Positions 50,987-64,000 of a stretch of 64,000 nt of DNA are shown here, piece by piece; position 1 is the stretch's first letter; each line of letters starts with the position of its first letter. A program made the translations under genes and the position numbers. The notes under the pieces are model-generated. The model ran no database searches and was not told where the DNA came from. It saw nothing but the letters and a program-made list of their open reading frames with translations. Source of the stretch: Carcharhinus amblyrhynchos (lineage: Eukaryota); NCBI GenBank assembly GCA_965287045.1, contig OZ336897.1:25482001-25546000 (forward strand). Reading direction: 5' to 3'.

Positions 50987-51416
50987 GAATTGAACCATTA
51001 CTCAATGGGGGAATTATTATTTTTTCTCAATATTCATTTTTATTTCATTTAATATAGATTGCCAGTAGAATTCATTGGCATTGCATAACTTTGTCACCAA
51101 CAGATAAACCTTTAAGTTTCCGAGAAAAAACAATACTGAATTTACGACTCAATGGGGAAAATCTTATTATTTTTCCAATATTCATTTTATATCGTTTAAT
51201 ATAGATTGCTAATTGGATTAATTGACATTTATAACTTTGCCATCAACAGATAGACCGCTAAATCTCAGAGCAAAACAATACTGAGTTCACGACTCAATGG
51301 GAAAAAAAATATTTTTTCCAATATTCATTTTTATATCGGCTAATATGATTGCTAATGGGATTAACTGGCATTGTATAACTTTGCCATCAACTACTAAGTC
51401 TCCGAGCAAAACAATA
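50987..51416. repeat. Diverged tandem triplication, unit ~135-150 bp
   Basis: Units begin at 50987, 51138 and 51283. Each carries ACTCAATGGG, CAATATTCATTTT, GATTGC, ATAACTTTG(T/C)CA and AAAACAATA. Confidence 0.92.
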
Positions 51417-54400
51417 TTTTAATGTGAGCGGCTCGGGATCAGCACGTCAAAAAGGATGCTGTTGTTGGTGTCTAATAAAAGGTTCAATAATTTAATGAAA
51501 AGTTACAAAGGGTAACGATGTGTGTGTCATGTCTGAAAGACTGTTTGATCTGCTCCCTGCTTTTGGAGTGCACATCCCACGAATGACAGCGGGGTGGCGC
51601 TAATATCTGTGGTTTTCCTGCTGTCCTTCCAATACAATCAGACACAAAAGAATTTTACATTATTCAATTTGTTTGGGGGTCCATGAAATGTGACAAAATC
51701 CCACATAGATTTTGTGCATCTTTGCAAAACAGAATTCTGCCCAGATCCACATAATTTAACCATTACACAACTCCCGTAGGTCAGTGATCATTGCAGTGAA
51801 TACTTTGGCAGATTAAAAGTTTTATTTTTTCCCCCCCAGCCATAGATGGAATAAGTAAAACTGATGCCTTTTTTTCACGAAGAGATTTCTTTAATTTTGA
51901 TCCTTCTTTAGACGAACTGTGGAGCCTCTGAACTCAGTCAGATTACATTTTTAACTGTTTTGCTTGAATAAATATCAAAGAATAGAAACGGCACCTCTCT
52001 CCTTTAGCATAACTGCCCACATCCTTTACATGTAATGATTGCATTTACATGTTTGCCCTTTTTAAGTTAACCAAAATAATCTCAGCTATAAAATGTTGGA
52101 GACAAAGACACATTAAACGGTAAGGCAGGCCATTTGAAAAAAATAGTGTTGGTAGTTTCAATGTGAAATGATTTTTAGTTCTACAAGTTTATCAAATAGA
52201 AAAGTATCTGTTTATAATATAGTAGCGAAATGACCACAGTACATTAATTCCACCCCTCCCCCCTTCCTTACCTTCCCCACACAAAAAAAAACATACTTTA
52301 GGACCTGGCGTTTTATCTGGTTAATGGCACCTTCTTCGAAAACGAAATATTTATACGGTGTCGCTTGTTACATTTTGTTTATTACGGCGGGACATGGGTA
52401 AAGCCGGGCAGGTGAAAGTTAAGGGACTAAAAGACTGTGAAATAATTGGAGCCTGTCGTAGCTGCCTACTCGTACATACGATTTTTGTTGATAAACTGTA
52501 CTCGATTTATAAACTCTTGAGTTAACAGAAGATGCTGGGATCCTCATAACCAACAAAATAAAACCATATGTATTGTTTTTTTTACAGCTAGCATTTATTT
52601 ATTGTTCACCCTCGTCTGTCGGGCACGATTAATCACCAATAAACGTGAAACACTTTAGCTATGAGCACAGTTTCTCGCATTGAAGAATCGTTTGATTTCA
52701 GACGGAATCCGTACAGTCATAAAATGAAACCTAGCCAGGCATTGTGCTTTGCGACGATATCGGGAGTTAGAATTTTGCAATAGAGTGGCGCTGACAGATG
52801 TAAAATTGCCGCCCGACCACTTTCTTTAAAAACCCTTAGCCGTGTGGTCATGTTATCTGTTTTAGTTTATATGCTATAATGATGGATCTTCAGGGGAAAC
52901 TATTAGAGTTATTACCAAGTCAGGTACTAGGAGGCGCTGGTTCCTGAACAGAATTATGTGCTTTAAAAAAAAAGCCCAGTTCTTTGTCTAGGTGATATGT
53001 GTCGAAGGTAATATCAAATTCCAAAATTAAATTATTTCGAACGAAAAACTAGCGTACGTCTAATTGTAAAAAAAAATACCGCACCGTCTGCTGTTATTCA
53101 AAGACCTCTTGGTTGCAAAATTAAATTACATACATTTAAACACAGACTTTTATCAAAATGTCTTTGCTAAATTGCATGAGCCTGTTTAGGAAATGCAAAC
53201 ATATCAAACCTTTTTTTTAAAAAAAGAATGAAGTATGTACACGCTATCACGAATTAAAAGCGAGAAAGACAGATATCTTTCTTTTAAGCTTGACAGGACA
53301 AAATGAACCGAAACCTATTCATTGGTGCCCCAATTTCGTTGAATATCATACGTCGAGAATGTTGTTTGTCTTGTGAAATTAAAAGTGACATTCTACCATT
53401 AAAATTTCTGAAATGTAATAAGTGAAGTCGTACCAGGGATTCGTCCAGGGCCCTGATAGATAAACCTGGAAAAGACAGAGGGGCTAATCAATGAAAGTAT
53501 GTTTTCTCCACGACGTTTGTGGGGGGACTGATGGATTGTAATTGAAAAAAGAGCTGATGTAAAAGTGGGCACCAATCTAACCATCCCAAATGAATATCAG
53601 ACAGTCAACACGGAACTAATGCTACTATTAAACTTCTGACCATTTCACATCAGGATGATAACGATGATAATTAGAATACTTTTCTCTTTTTTGACACACG
53701 CAAGAGAATATATAAAAACAACTAATTCGCATATAACGCGTTCACACGTTAAAATTAAGAGGAAAGTGATGAACTTGTGTGCAGTTTTGAACTCGACGGT
53801 GCTGACTTGAGATAATTAATATGAAATTACAGGAAAAAAAAGTTAGTAGAAAATTGCAGGCGGCAAATTTATCGTGCAAATTTGATTACAGATTTGCTCA
53901 GGCGCCGAAATAATAGTTTACAGAAAAGTAATTTCCCGCATACAAATTAAAATTTCATTTGTTGCGTTGGAATAGATTGCAGGTATGTTTCAAGGATGGG
54001 GCCGTTGTCATAAATTAATGATCAATCTACTCGCGATCTGCTATGGCCTGTGTTCTGAGCGTCAATTTCACCGAGGCTTATAGCCCTCGGTGTTTTTTTC
54101 CCCCCTAATTTCCTGTTTTCTTATAATCTTTGCACTCGTCAGGTTGCCACCGCCGCCGCATCAATATAATAACGTCCAGAGCAAATCAATTTGTTCTTTG
54201 CATTTTGTTCCCTTTTGAAAGCTGACTCCAGGTTACAAAACAGGTTATTTTTCTCTGCAGATTTCAAGAAAAATGGACAAACGAGGTGTTGCATGTTCCC
54301 TCCGTGAAATTAGGTCTCGGTTTAGATAATTTTACATCACTAATGTGTGAAAAGGTAAAGTGCTCAGAAGGCATATTTAATCATCGTATTGCATCCTAAT

Positions 54401-55049
54401 TTTAAACACCAGAATCCAGTACTGACATTATCTTTTAATGAATCGTTACAGGGTTTAAAAGCAAAAAAAACATTCTTATCATAAATATTTTTCATTGCAA
54501 TAAAGGGAGAGATTTGACCAAATGCGTTAAAATATTTCCGCAGTGCAAACATAATAATTCTACTCATTATATAACGGTTATCTTGTCAAATGAGGTGTAT
54601 TGACATGAAATGTGCATCCTCCCGCTGTCTACAATGGAATAAAATGTTGCGAGAGCCGATTCACGCAAGATTTGCTCGCATTTTAATTTCATATGAAACT
54701 ACCGATTGTGATTGTGTTAGATTTGTAAGTTTTTATTCTTGAAGTTTTCTTAGCCGAGTTGTCTATTGATATATCTTTCAAAAATGGCCTTGACGATAAG
54801 GTCAATTGGATGACGGCTTGGGAAATCATTTTTTGCACGTTGATAATTAAAACAGGAAAGTTGCCGTGTAGGCAATGGTTGTCTTTTCTTTAAATTCTTT
54901 CCCCCTATATTCTGGTCAACTGATATAACGTTTCCCCCCAAAAATCTGAACAATTAAAGCAACCATGTTATTTTAGGATATTTATGGTGCTAACCTTCGA
55001 TAAAATAAACTCCTGCCCACAGTTAATGTGGTCTCTCTGAATCAGTGTT

Positions 55050-55118
55050 AGTTTAGTTTATTTATTTATGTCACAAGTAGGCTTACATTAACACTGCAAT
55101 GAAATTACTGTGAAAATC
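55050..55118 (-). mobile_element. Isolated 3' tail of the alternative-tail SINE, or of its partner LINE
   Basis: TGTCACAAGTAGGCTTACATTAACACTGCAATGAAATTACTGTGAAAATC is nearly identical to 2664-2712. Confidence 0.85.
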
Positions 55119-57567
55119 TGTTGCCTTTGTTTCATTACTTGAAATTTCTGACGGACAGTATGAAAACTAGTCTTAGTATTGCGACATGCTGTACAAATAT
55201 GTGAATTTGGAGTTCAGTACAATAGTGTTTACAGAAGTTGTGGAACAATCAGTGTCTGCTGAGAGAACCCCGTCAAATCAATTTATGAAATGGCCTGTGG
55301 TTGTCTGTATTTTTATGTTGTGCTGAGGCTACCGGGTTGGCATCAGTAGGAGAGCACAAGTTTAAAATCATGTTTCTTGAGTAGACTTTTAGAAGGTTTG
55401 CTTTAGCACAATCGATGGCTGCAGTACAATAGACATCCTTTGTTTAACGGAGACTTTAAAGTGTCTTGGAAACGTGCAGCCGGTATGCATGAGAACTGCT
55501 TAGAACATGGAGAGTTCCTGCAAAGCACCTGTTGAGCATCACATTAGACAAGTTCACTGCCGAATGTATTAATTCTAGAGACCCAAACGTCTTTCCACTT
55601 ACCTAGCTTTTTAATGATTCCCTAGCTGCGCAAGATAAGGGAATATATGTTGCTGTCGTTTTTAACTAATATTGATTGGGATGTGAATCTAAATGTCTGC
55701 GTTCATCGAATATATATATACTTTTTTATATTTGCTGCTACCTGGTGTCAAAAAAGCTCAGTTCATCTCGAACGAATGTGTAGTGTACATTTCGCGAAAT
55801 TTGGGCGGCATCTTCGCAAACCGAATGCATCATTTCAATGCAATCGAACTAAATATTGAAGGCACTTAACAACTTAAGACACCCTTGGCATTTTACTTAA
55901 CAAGTTACTGTTTATGCACTTCCCGCCCCCTTGCCTCTCTAAATAGTCCAAAATATATCAGCACTTTTAAGTGTCAACAATGTGGAATAGCTGTCAGGGT
56001 AGACACTATAAGCATCGCCTGCTGATTTTAAGGGGAATTCGAACCTAATCGACAATTCGCATTGTTGTCAGTTCAAACATTTTAATAATACACCTCCACA
56101 GATGGCACTGTTACAGGTGCTTGGGAACTCAGGCTGCTGCGCTTGGGAGGGACAGTTTCAAGTGGATGTTGAGTGGCCTGAAACGAAATTGCCTTTAAGT
56201 TGTGGGTGAAGAAGATATTGCGCCAGGGTACTTCTTAACCAAAACAACAAAAAAAAACACGTTGATTAAAATTGTTTTATCCTAGCATCGTGGTTTGAGG
56301 AATTTTTATTAAAAAAAAGCATAATGCATGCAGAAGGCACGCCCGCAACGGATTTACTGTAGCATTGATTTACTGTCCATCCACCTCCACCTCCCACCCC
56401 CCAGCCGCCTCCCCTTACCCCCTACCTCGCTTCCTAAAAGGCGAGCTCCACAGGGGATGAATTTGGGGAGTTTTGTTTTACCCTACATGAGAAATCTCGA
56501 GGCTCAAGTGATTTGAGGCAAGATGCACAAATCCAATTAAACTCTACCACAAGTTTATCACATTCCCAAGATCTTAATGACTAGGAAGGGAGATTAAAAT
56601 AGGAAAAGTTCATATATTACGCGAGATATTTCAGTTCAACCTAAAAAAAGACTTGTGTCTGTAACGCATATCATAGAGGATTGCTGCAAGATACTGCAAC
56701 ATAAGACTACGGTAGTTATTCTAACACAATTAGGTGTGTAATGCTATGTTTTCCAAACCCACATATCTCCATAACATATAGCAAACCTAACATAAATTAA
56801 ATGCTACACTATAACGTGGATCCTCCCAGCCTCTGAAAATATAGAAAATATTGAAATATCATAGGATTTTAACAATGGGAATACTTGACTAAACTTAAGC
56901 CATTCATACAGTTTACTGCACTACACCAAAACCATAGAGTAACTTATATCAAGGATCGGTGCCCACTAAGATTTGAGTCATTGCTCTGCACAGTTCACAG
57001 TTATGAAATTTTCATCGAATCTTAAAGGAGCAAATTGTTCAACCTTGATGCGAAATCTGTCAAAAGTTTACATCAAAGACTATACATTATTCAGTTACCA
57101 GAGAAACTGTCTCCTCAGATAAGAATATCTCAATGACTACAACACAAAGGTAACGATTGCAAGGGAGGGAAAAAAAAAACAAAATAAGATTTCTAAAAAG
57201 GAGCCATTCGGTCTATTTCTTTGAAGGATTTCTATGTGGGATCACGACGAAGTTCTCAATCGGGGAAGCCTGAAGTTCGCTGAACTCGGTAGCTATAAGT
57301 AAACAAGTTGTCAGATTGGAATAATCTCTCTTCTTTGGGGTTCTGAGAACATTTCGGCCTCACATTCTTAGATGTAGCTAAATCTACTTTCTCCTCGAGC
57401 CGATAGTGGCGTACTTCATGTCTTGGACAATAATGTGGCAATTGTTGAAGTTTTGTGACCCATAAAATTTCGGGGTTAGTATTCCGGCTATGGCATGTAA
57501 TTATGCAAAACACTTACCATAAAGACTTGCCATTCGATCTAATGACATAGTCTACGGTCCAAAACTC

Positions 57568-57590
57568 TGTGTGTGTGTGTGTGTGTGTGT
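57568..57590. repeat. (TG)n microsatellite
   Basis: Read directly from the sequence. Confidence 0.9.
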
Positions 57591-60500
57591 ATATTGGGGT
57601 TGGGTAGGGAAGGGATAGTGGTGGCGGCGGGTGGTGGGGTGCGTGGGGGGAGAAAGTTGCCTCCCTCATCCCCCTCCACCACCTCCTCCTCCCCTCCATG
57701 AAACAGCGCATTAAGTCTACCTGCAAAGTTAAAAGCTGCAGTGAAGATAATCCAGGCAGCTTCCCTTGCCCTTTCTTATCCTCATGCTAGATGCACAATA
57801 TCAGCCTGCACAAATATGTATCTCTGAGCCTCCCCTGCTTATTTTGATTTAATGACAGTTATTGATAGCAACGAGGGATCAGTGCCTGGCATGCATCTCT
57901 CTGTCTGGGCTGACGGGACATTGACAAGTGCATTGTGAAGGGGACCTGACAGTTGGGATTGAATTAGTTGCATTTGTTCAAAATTTGAGGAATCGATAAT
58001 CAGGAAATCAAAGGAGCAGCTACGACATCCAACAGAAACAAGGCTGGAAATCGCTGATTACTTAGTAGAACTTTCTTTCATCATCAAGGCAAAAAACAAA
58101 GACTAATGTGTTAAATGTAACCCGACAAGCTGAAACAAGTGTAGCTTATTGACAATGCGGGGGTGGGCTGGGGGTGGGGGAGGGTGGGGGGGGGGCTGCA
58201 CATTCCAGAATTTTGAGAGCTGTTATAATTATCATCTAAACAGGGACAAATAAAAACAGACATAGTTTCACTTTCTGTAGTTTGTTGTCGATTTCCCATT
58301 TTACTGTTTCATCTTTTATTTCCCTTAAGGAAGTACAAGGATTCTGGAAGCTTTGCCTCAGAATTTTATTGATCAGAAATTTGAAAAGAAACCTCTCGGG
58401 TAGTTATAGGGCAGGGGTTGTGTTTCAGATTTCAGAAGTAAGGGCTCTGCAGTGGGTGCCTTTAATGATGAAGGCATATCAACCAAACTTTTTTTTAGCT
58501 GTGCAGGTGGAACAGGACACATATCTGACTTGCATTTCAAAACTTTTTAATAGATTTCTTTTATTCAATCCGAAATATCTTCATAAGGTTATGCTAGCAT
58601 GTGAGAATTGTGTTTGCAACATTGCTTGTTACCCCTATAACAGTGACGGGAATTCTGCGACTGAAAACTTTTGACTTGTTTTACAAAACTTCCCTTAATA
58701 CCAAATGATGCAATCGCACCTTAATTAATCAATCCGATATAAGTGAAATCAAATGGGTTATATGGCATTTTGCAGCTACCCTTGCTCACACACAACGATA
58801 CCATTAATTTCAACCCCATATAATTGTTTCTTTTTCTCACAGATCCTAGAGCTGTGCCATGTTTGTCCCCATACAGGAGCAGCCCATTCATAATGTGGGC
58901 GCGAACCGAGAAAGGTATTTTATTTAGCGAAGAAAATACTGCCAGGGACACAGAGAGAGAGAGAGAAAGAGAGAGAGAGGCAGAAGAGGCTGGCTCTCAG
59001 GGGTCAGGCAGCCAGAGATTGCTTCTGGAGATCTTTCAAATTTCACACGTTTGAAGGCTTATAGGGTTTACTGATTCGCATTTCAAAACAAGATCAGTGG
59101 ATTCGTAATCAAAAAATTGAGGTCTGTAACTGGGCTGCATTTTGATGCACAGAGATGTCTTGTAGGGCGAGTTGGAAAGCACTGTTCTGACACGTCTCTG
59201 ATCGCTGGGATGACGGGTCTCTCCGAGAAAAGAGGAGATTGCTGGTTGTCTTGTTGCCACTCTGCCATCAAAGCCCGAGTGGACGGAAATTGGGAATCAA
59301 ATTAAGCCCGTGGAGAGTTTTTTTTTGAAAAAAACACGAGTTGCTCATGAGGCTGGTCGCGGGATTTTTCCACGCGTGCATTTTTTTTTTGCTTTGCTTT
59401 CTCAGAAGAAGGCAGAGATTTAAAAAAAAAATCCAGCGCAGTTTCAAATAAGTGACGTTTAAAGGAAACGTCTCCCTTTTCCAGTGACATTATGGAGGTT
59501 AAATCAATGACGTCATCAGCTCAAAGGAAAGTTTGCTACAAAAAAAAGCCAAAGACCCAAAATAATAATATCAGGAATATTAAAAATGAACGCCCTCTGC
59601 CAAGATATAAAAATTAATGCCTTATTAAAATGAAAGGGAAGATCATTACCATTCCCAAACCTTGCGATGCCTGCGGGTTTATCCTATCGAGTTAGCTACT
59701 ATTATTTCCCCATGTTAACGAAAATAGTTGGTTTTCTAATAGCCTCCGGCGATATCTTTTCTGTTGAAGAATTTTTTAAAAAAAGTTTAAAGTTGGACAA
59801 CATGTATTGGCGTACAGAATGAAGAGGCGATTGGATTGCCATTTATTTTAGCATTCTGAAACTAAAAGATTTGTGTAAAAAATATCACTTTGAAGGCGAA
59901 TAATTTGGGAGGGAGGGGGCGGGCATAAGCCAATCTTCCATACATCATCATTGGTGATGGATATCTATTGCTATTACCTTAATAATGACTTCTCGTAAAA
60001 TAAAATTCTGCGGGGCGTTGTAGATATGAAGGTTTTTAATCACGCTTCAGAGAACCTATGTGGGCGTTCTCTCCACGAAATAAACTAACGACGTGTTTTG
60101 GGAAAAGGGAAGAAACGAGATTCATTTTCTTAATTAGTGAGAGGTCACAAGTCAAAGAAGTTTTTTTGGGGGGGGAGGGTAGATTTAAACCCAAGTCTCT
60201 TTTTGATGCATTTCATGTGGTATGATGATACTGTAACTAAAGTGCGGGTTTAATAGATATAGGAGTGAGGACCTCAGCATAAACCCCCTTTCAATTGGTT
60301 CGGTTTTTTTTGTACTCTGGTAAATCAATAAAGCTGTGGCTAAATGTTACCCTTTCCTGGGAGACTTTTTTAAATATAAGGTATACTGCTGAAAATTGAA
60401 AGGTAGTTTGAAGAGAAAAAAAGGGGAGGGGTGATCGGTAAGATAACGAAAGAGGGTGTGGAGAAATAAAGGTAACATTAAATAAGGCAACTTGAGATGC

Positions 60501-63500
60501 ATGCTATCCAAGGAGGATAATGTGGAACAAATGGGCATTAACATCAGTGTAAACACTAAGAACAGGATGAGAAATGATCGCAGCGTGGGGAGAGGAAAAC
60601 GGCTGAGCAAGAAAAATGTGTTCAAAAGTGTACCACAATAAACAGGAAGAATAGAAACAGGGACGACAAAGAACTTACGCAATAAGCAAAAATGGAGGGG
60701 AGGGGAAGAGTTGGCAGACGAGAGAAAGTGTGAATCTGAGGAAAGTAAGATAGAAGGGACGAGAGATAAAGGCCTATTCTGATTGATGACCAGTTTTTGT
60801 AGCTGACATTACCATTAAATTATTGCCCAGTATCCTAGTTGTGTTGTCTGTGGCGAACCTCTACCACAAGCTGCTTAATTTTTTTCTAATAGTCTTACGC
60901 CTGGCTGCCTTTAGTGGCTCGCTATTAATCAGCGAAAGACTCTACGTCCAGGAAGAAAAGCATTTGCGCCGCACGTGTTTGACAGTGTAGGATAGTCTGC
61001 ACTCAACCATTTACACAACAAATTATTCTTATCAGATGCACTTTATATTTCAATAAAATTTCACGCAGAAAATATACTGCTTTGGAGTTCAAAGAATAAA
61101 CAGTCTGATCGGGGGGAAGCACAAACCGGTCTGCCTGTCTCGTTTTTATGTACAAATCATAGCCAATCAAACCTCTGAGTCGGAAGCTAACGGGGCGTAT
61201 TCATCTCATGTAACCTCGGTGATATTAGTTCACTTGAATTCACCTCGAAAAGAAAGTGCTCTCCACTCTCAGACTGGCATGCAGTAATTTTATTAGAGTA
61301 CTTTTAACCCATCTAAGTTTCTAGATTCTCCGCATGGCTAGGGCGTTCAAAGGAGCGTGGCTGAGGTGTATTTTTTTTGTTGTTTGTGGCGGGGTGCATC
61401 AGCGGCGTGTACCATCTCACGGATGCTAACAGTTAACCATTAATTGGAACTTTCGCCAATCGAAACATAGCGCACTTTTTGAAATCCTTCGCCCCTTCTT
61501 ATATGAGGCTATTTATATATTTCACATCAGTGCTTTTAGGTTGATCCTGAGACTGTACGATGGGATTGACATTCACTTTTCAGTTGAGTCAGATGATAAC
61601 AATTATTGATTAGTCCCTCTGAGCCCCCAATTGTGGGTTCAGTCATGTCTTTAGGTGACGACTCTTCTTAGAAGTTTGCAGACCACGAATGAAATAAGTA
61701 AATGCCAGAATCAGTCGTCTATGTATCTTTTTTGTTGCCGAATATTTGTTTTTGAATTCGATTTGTTCTAAAGGTAATGACATTGGGATTTCTCAGGGGA
61801 ATCAATAATTAGCTCTGCACTTAAATGGTAGTTCATTAATGTGATAAAGAAGACAGCAAATTATAAGGTATCGGTTTCTATATCCCTTGCTTTCACGATA
61901 TTCTTTAAATAATTCAAATTGTTCACAACTTATATGCCAACTCTGGGTTTCCAGGATTAGATATTATAGCAATTTTCACCATTTGCATCGATTGGACACA
62001 ATACTTGAGGGGGCTTGAGAGCGACTTGGGTTTTTTTTACGTAGCAAAGGCAGTATTAGTCCATCTCGAGGAGCTAGTCTCGACCTAATTAGACTCTCTG
62101 TATAAGCTGCAGTTTAACTCCAACCGTGATTGAAGGCACGGCTCAGATGATCTATGCTTCAGTCGTGTTAAAATTGACCTGAACAGCAAGCAACTGGTTA
62201 AAAAAAACATTTAAAAAAAATTCGTAAGTAAAGAGAAAATCTGCCCTGGGTTGGATATTTCCCAGAACGGGGACAATGAAAAAAAAAGAAGAAACTTGCA
62301 AGCAGAATGGTACACTGACTATAAAAACCACTAGATATATATCAAGGTAAAATAATTGAAAGCGGGAGAAATGCCACAGAGAGCGATCAAGACGAGATGA
62401 GAGAGAGGAGAGGGGAAAAAAAAGAGAATTAACATATCTCCATCAACAAGAAATGAGGACAGCAAATGAAAAGTAAATGTTTCAGCGCAGAAGACCGGCA
62501 GCTTAGTAGGAAACGTCCAATCAAAAGTGTAACATATACCTTGATGTTTCTACTTCATTACATCGCTGGTTTATCTGGTTATTTAACACAATGACCACCC
62601 CCCCCCCCCCCCCTCCAAAGTGACCAACTGACAGAACATCTAGGGTTACCTATCGAATTAAAAGGCATCAGATTTGTTTGCTGCAAAAGGCTCTTTTTTT
62701 TTGGGTGGGGGGGGGCGGAGACGGGGGCGTGGGTGTTTTTGGAAATGGAACCTAACCTAGCCATTGACACGGCTGTTGCAGTCCCATACCTTATTTGGTA
62801 GGTTAGCATTTTCACAGATCCGAATTTATGAGTTCTAAAGTTCAGCATTAGATTGAAGGCTGATTTTGATGGTTTGGGTACCTGCCCCTTCTTTTGGGGG
62901 TAGGAGTGCCCGAATAGGGCTCATTTCGATTTGAAGGCGTTTGGCCACTTGTAGTTCAGATTGGTAAGAGTTGGTGGACCATGAAATCTGAGGAAGTGGA
63001 ATAAAAAGGTGTGTGCGTCGTGGGGGCGGGGGGGGGGGGGAGGGTGGAGGAATCAACAACGCTTTTGGAAAAATCATGATAAGATCTGTTTACATATTCC
63101 AAGCATCGGGGTATGAGTATCTCAGATTAACACATCATGATGCAGTCCCTGTAATTCAAATGTGACTATTAAACGTCAGTCACAATTGATGTGTTTTGGA
63201 GGTTATATATAAACAAGCAACGTGCCATTCTTAACAAAACAAGAGGTTTTGCTTATTTTCCACCTAGCAGCTTTGAGTTGGAGCGATTTTAACGGTAACG
63301 GCAGCACATGTACATTCGCCGCCTGGGTTGAAATGACAGTGTAGTCAGAATTCTCCCAGCCAGGGCTGGAGTGAGTTTGGGTATTGTCAAGAGCTTCTAA
63401 GCTTAAGGACAAGGATAGACCAATTCAAGCAGAAGTCCATGTAATGCTTGGTGCAATTCGAATACAAAGTGAAGGTAAAGAAGGTCTCCTTCATAGGGCC

Positions 63501-63938
63501 AGCAGCGAGATGTACTTTGAGGCGAAATTAGAGAGAAAATAGCTAACATAAAAATGTCACTCGAGTTCGAAAAAAAAGGATATATAGAATCACCGGACGC
63601 CTGGTAGCCTTGAAACTAGGAATATCTCTGAAGCGACCAACCTTAAAGATTCGGTTGGCAATGTGATTAGAGTGAAAAATGCAAATATAGAGAGAGAAAT
63701 GGTTGATTCCTCTGTATCTGGCGAAGTTACAAACTGCGATGGAGGTTTGGCACACCTCGACACATGTCCGGATTGCAGCCAGGGAGAAGGAAAATCGTGG
63801 ACGTGTAGGAATCGCGTAATTTCTCCAGCTCATCTGTGCCGATTTCATGATGGAATTCCGCCCCCACCCCGCCCTCCCCCAACCCCGCCGTGGATAGGAA
63901 GCAAGCCAAATATTCCCAATAAAAAGAAAGGTGCTTAA

Positions 63939-64000
63939 ATAGAGCAATACAGCGTGGAAACAGGCACTTCGGCCCAACCAGGTCTATGATGCCTTCCCAG
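63939..64000 (-). mobile_element. CR1/HE1-type 3' tail running off the window
   Basis: ATAGAGCAATACAGCGTGGAAACAGGCACTTCGGCCCAAC resembles ATAGAACATTACAGCGCAGAACAGGCCCTTTGGCCCAC at 8262-8299. Confidence 0.7.

Noticed and set aside
50987-51416. CRISPR-like periodicity
   Set aside because: Whole units are repeated with no unique spacers. The context is eukaryotic and there are no cas genes.
52780-56112. Weaker CTCF-like words (AGAGTGGCGC ~52782, ACTAGGAGGCGC ~52926, CACAGATGGCAC ~56097)
   Set aside because: Each has mismatches in the informative 5' part of the core. Not called without PWM scoring.
60347-60682. 111-aa hydrophobic minus-strand ORF
   Set aside because: It results from a purine-skewed low-complexity tract and does not start with ATG.
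63543-63977. 144-aa and 91-aa overlapping ORFs at the window end
   Set aside because: No domain similarity. They partly overlap a retroelement tail and a poly-C tract.

Overview
This is vertebrate genomic DNA, most likely from a shark or other elasmobranch, judged from HE1/V-type SINEs and CR1, L2 and Rex1/Babar LINE remnants. The only well-supported protein-coding gene is the nuclear receptor NR2F2 (COUP-TFII) on the + strand. It has three coding exons (32747-33167, 33964-34491, 35869-36143) giving 407 aa, a TATA/DR1/CArG core promoter, a long pyrimidine-rich 5'UTR and an AT-rich 3'UTR. The first ~18 kb is CpG-depleted and packed with retroelements and MITE-like repeats. The remaining ~46 kb is nearly transposon-free and retains CpG, as expected for a developmental-gene regulatory domain. 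The most notable observations are: (1) an unannotated upstream exon at ~27.6-27.8 kb that would splice in frame to exon 2 and resembles the first exon of the DBD-less human NR2F2 isoform; (2) a SINE subfamily whose 3' tail matches the local Rex1/Babar LINE rather than CR1; (3) an unclassified repeat family with a nested insertion and a micro-inversion; (4) candidate autoregulatory and miRNA sites. No prokaryotic-type system, CRISPR array or RNA gene is supported. All family assignments come from reading the sequence and from recall, not from database searches.
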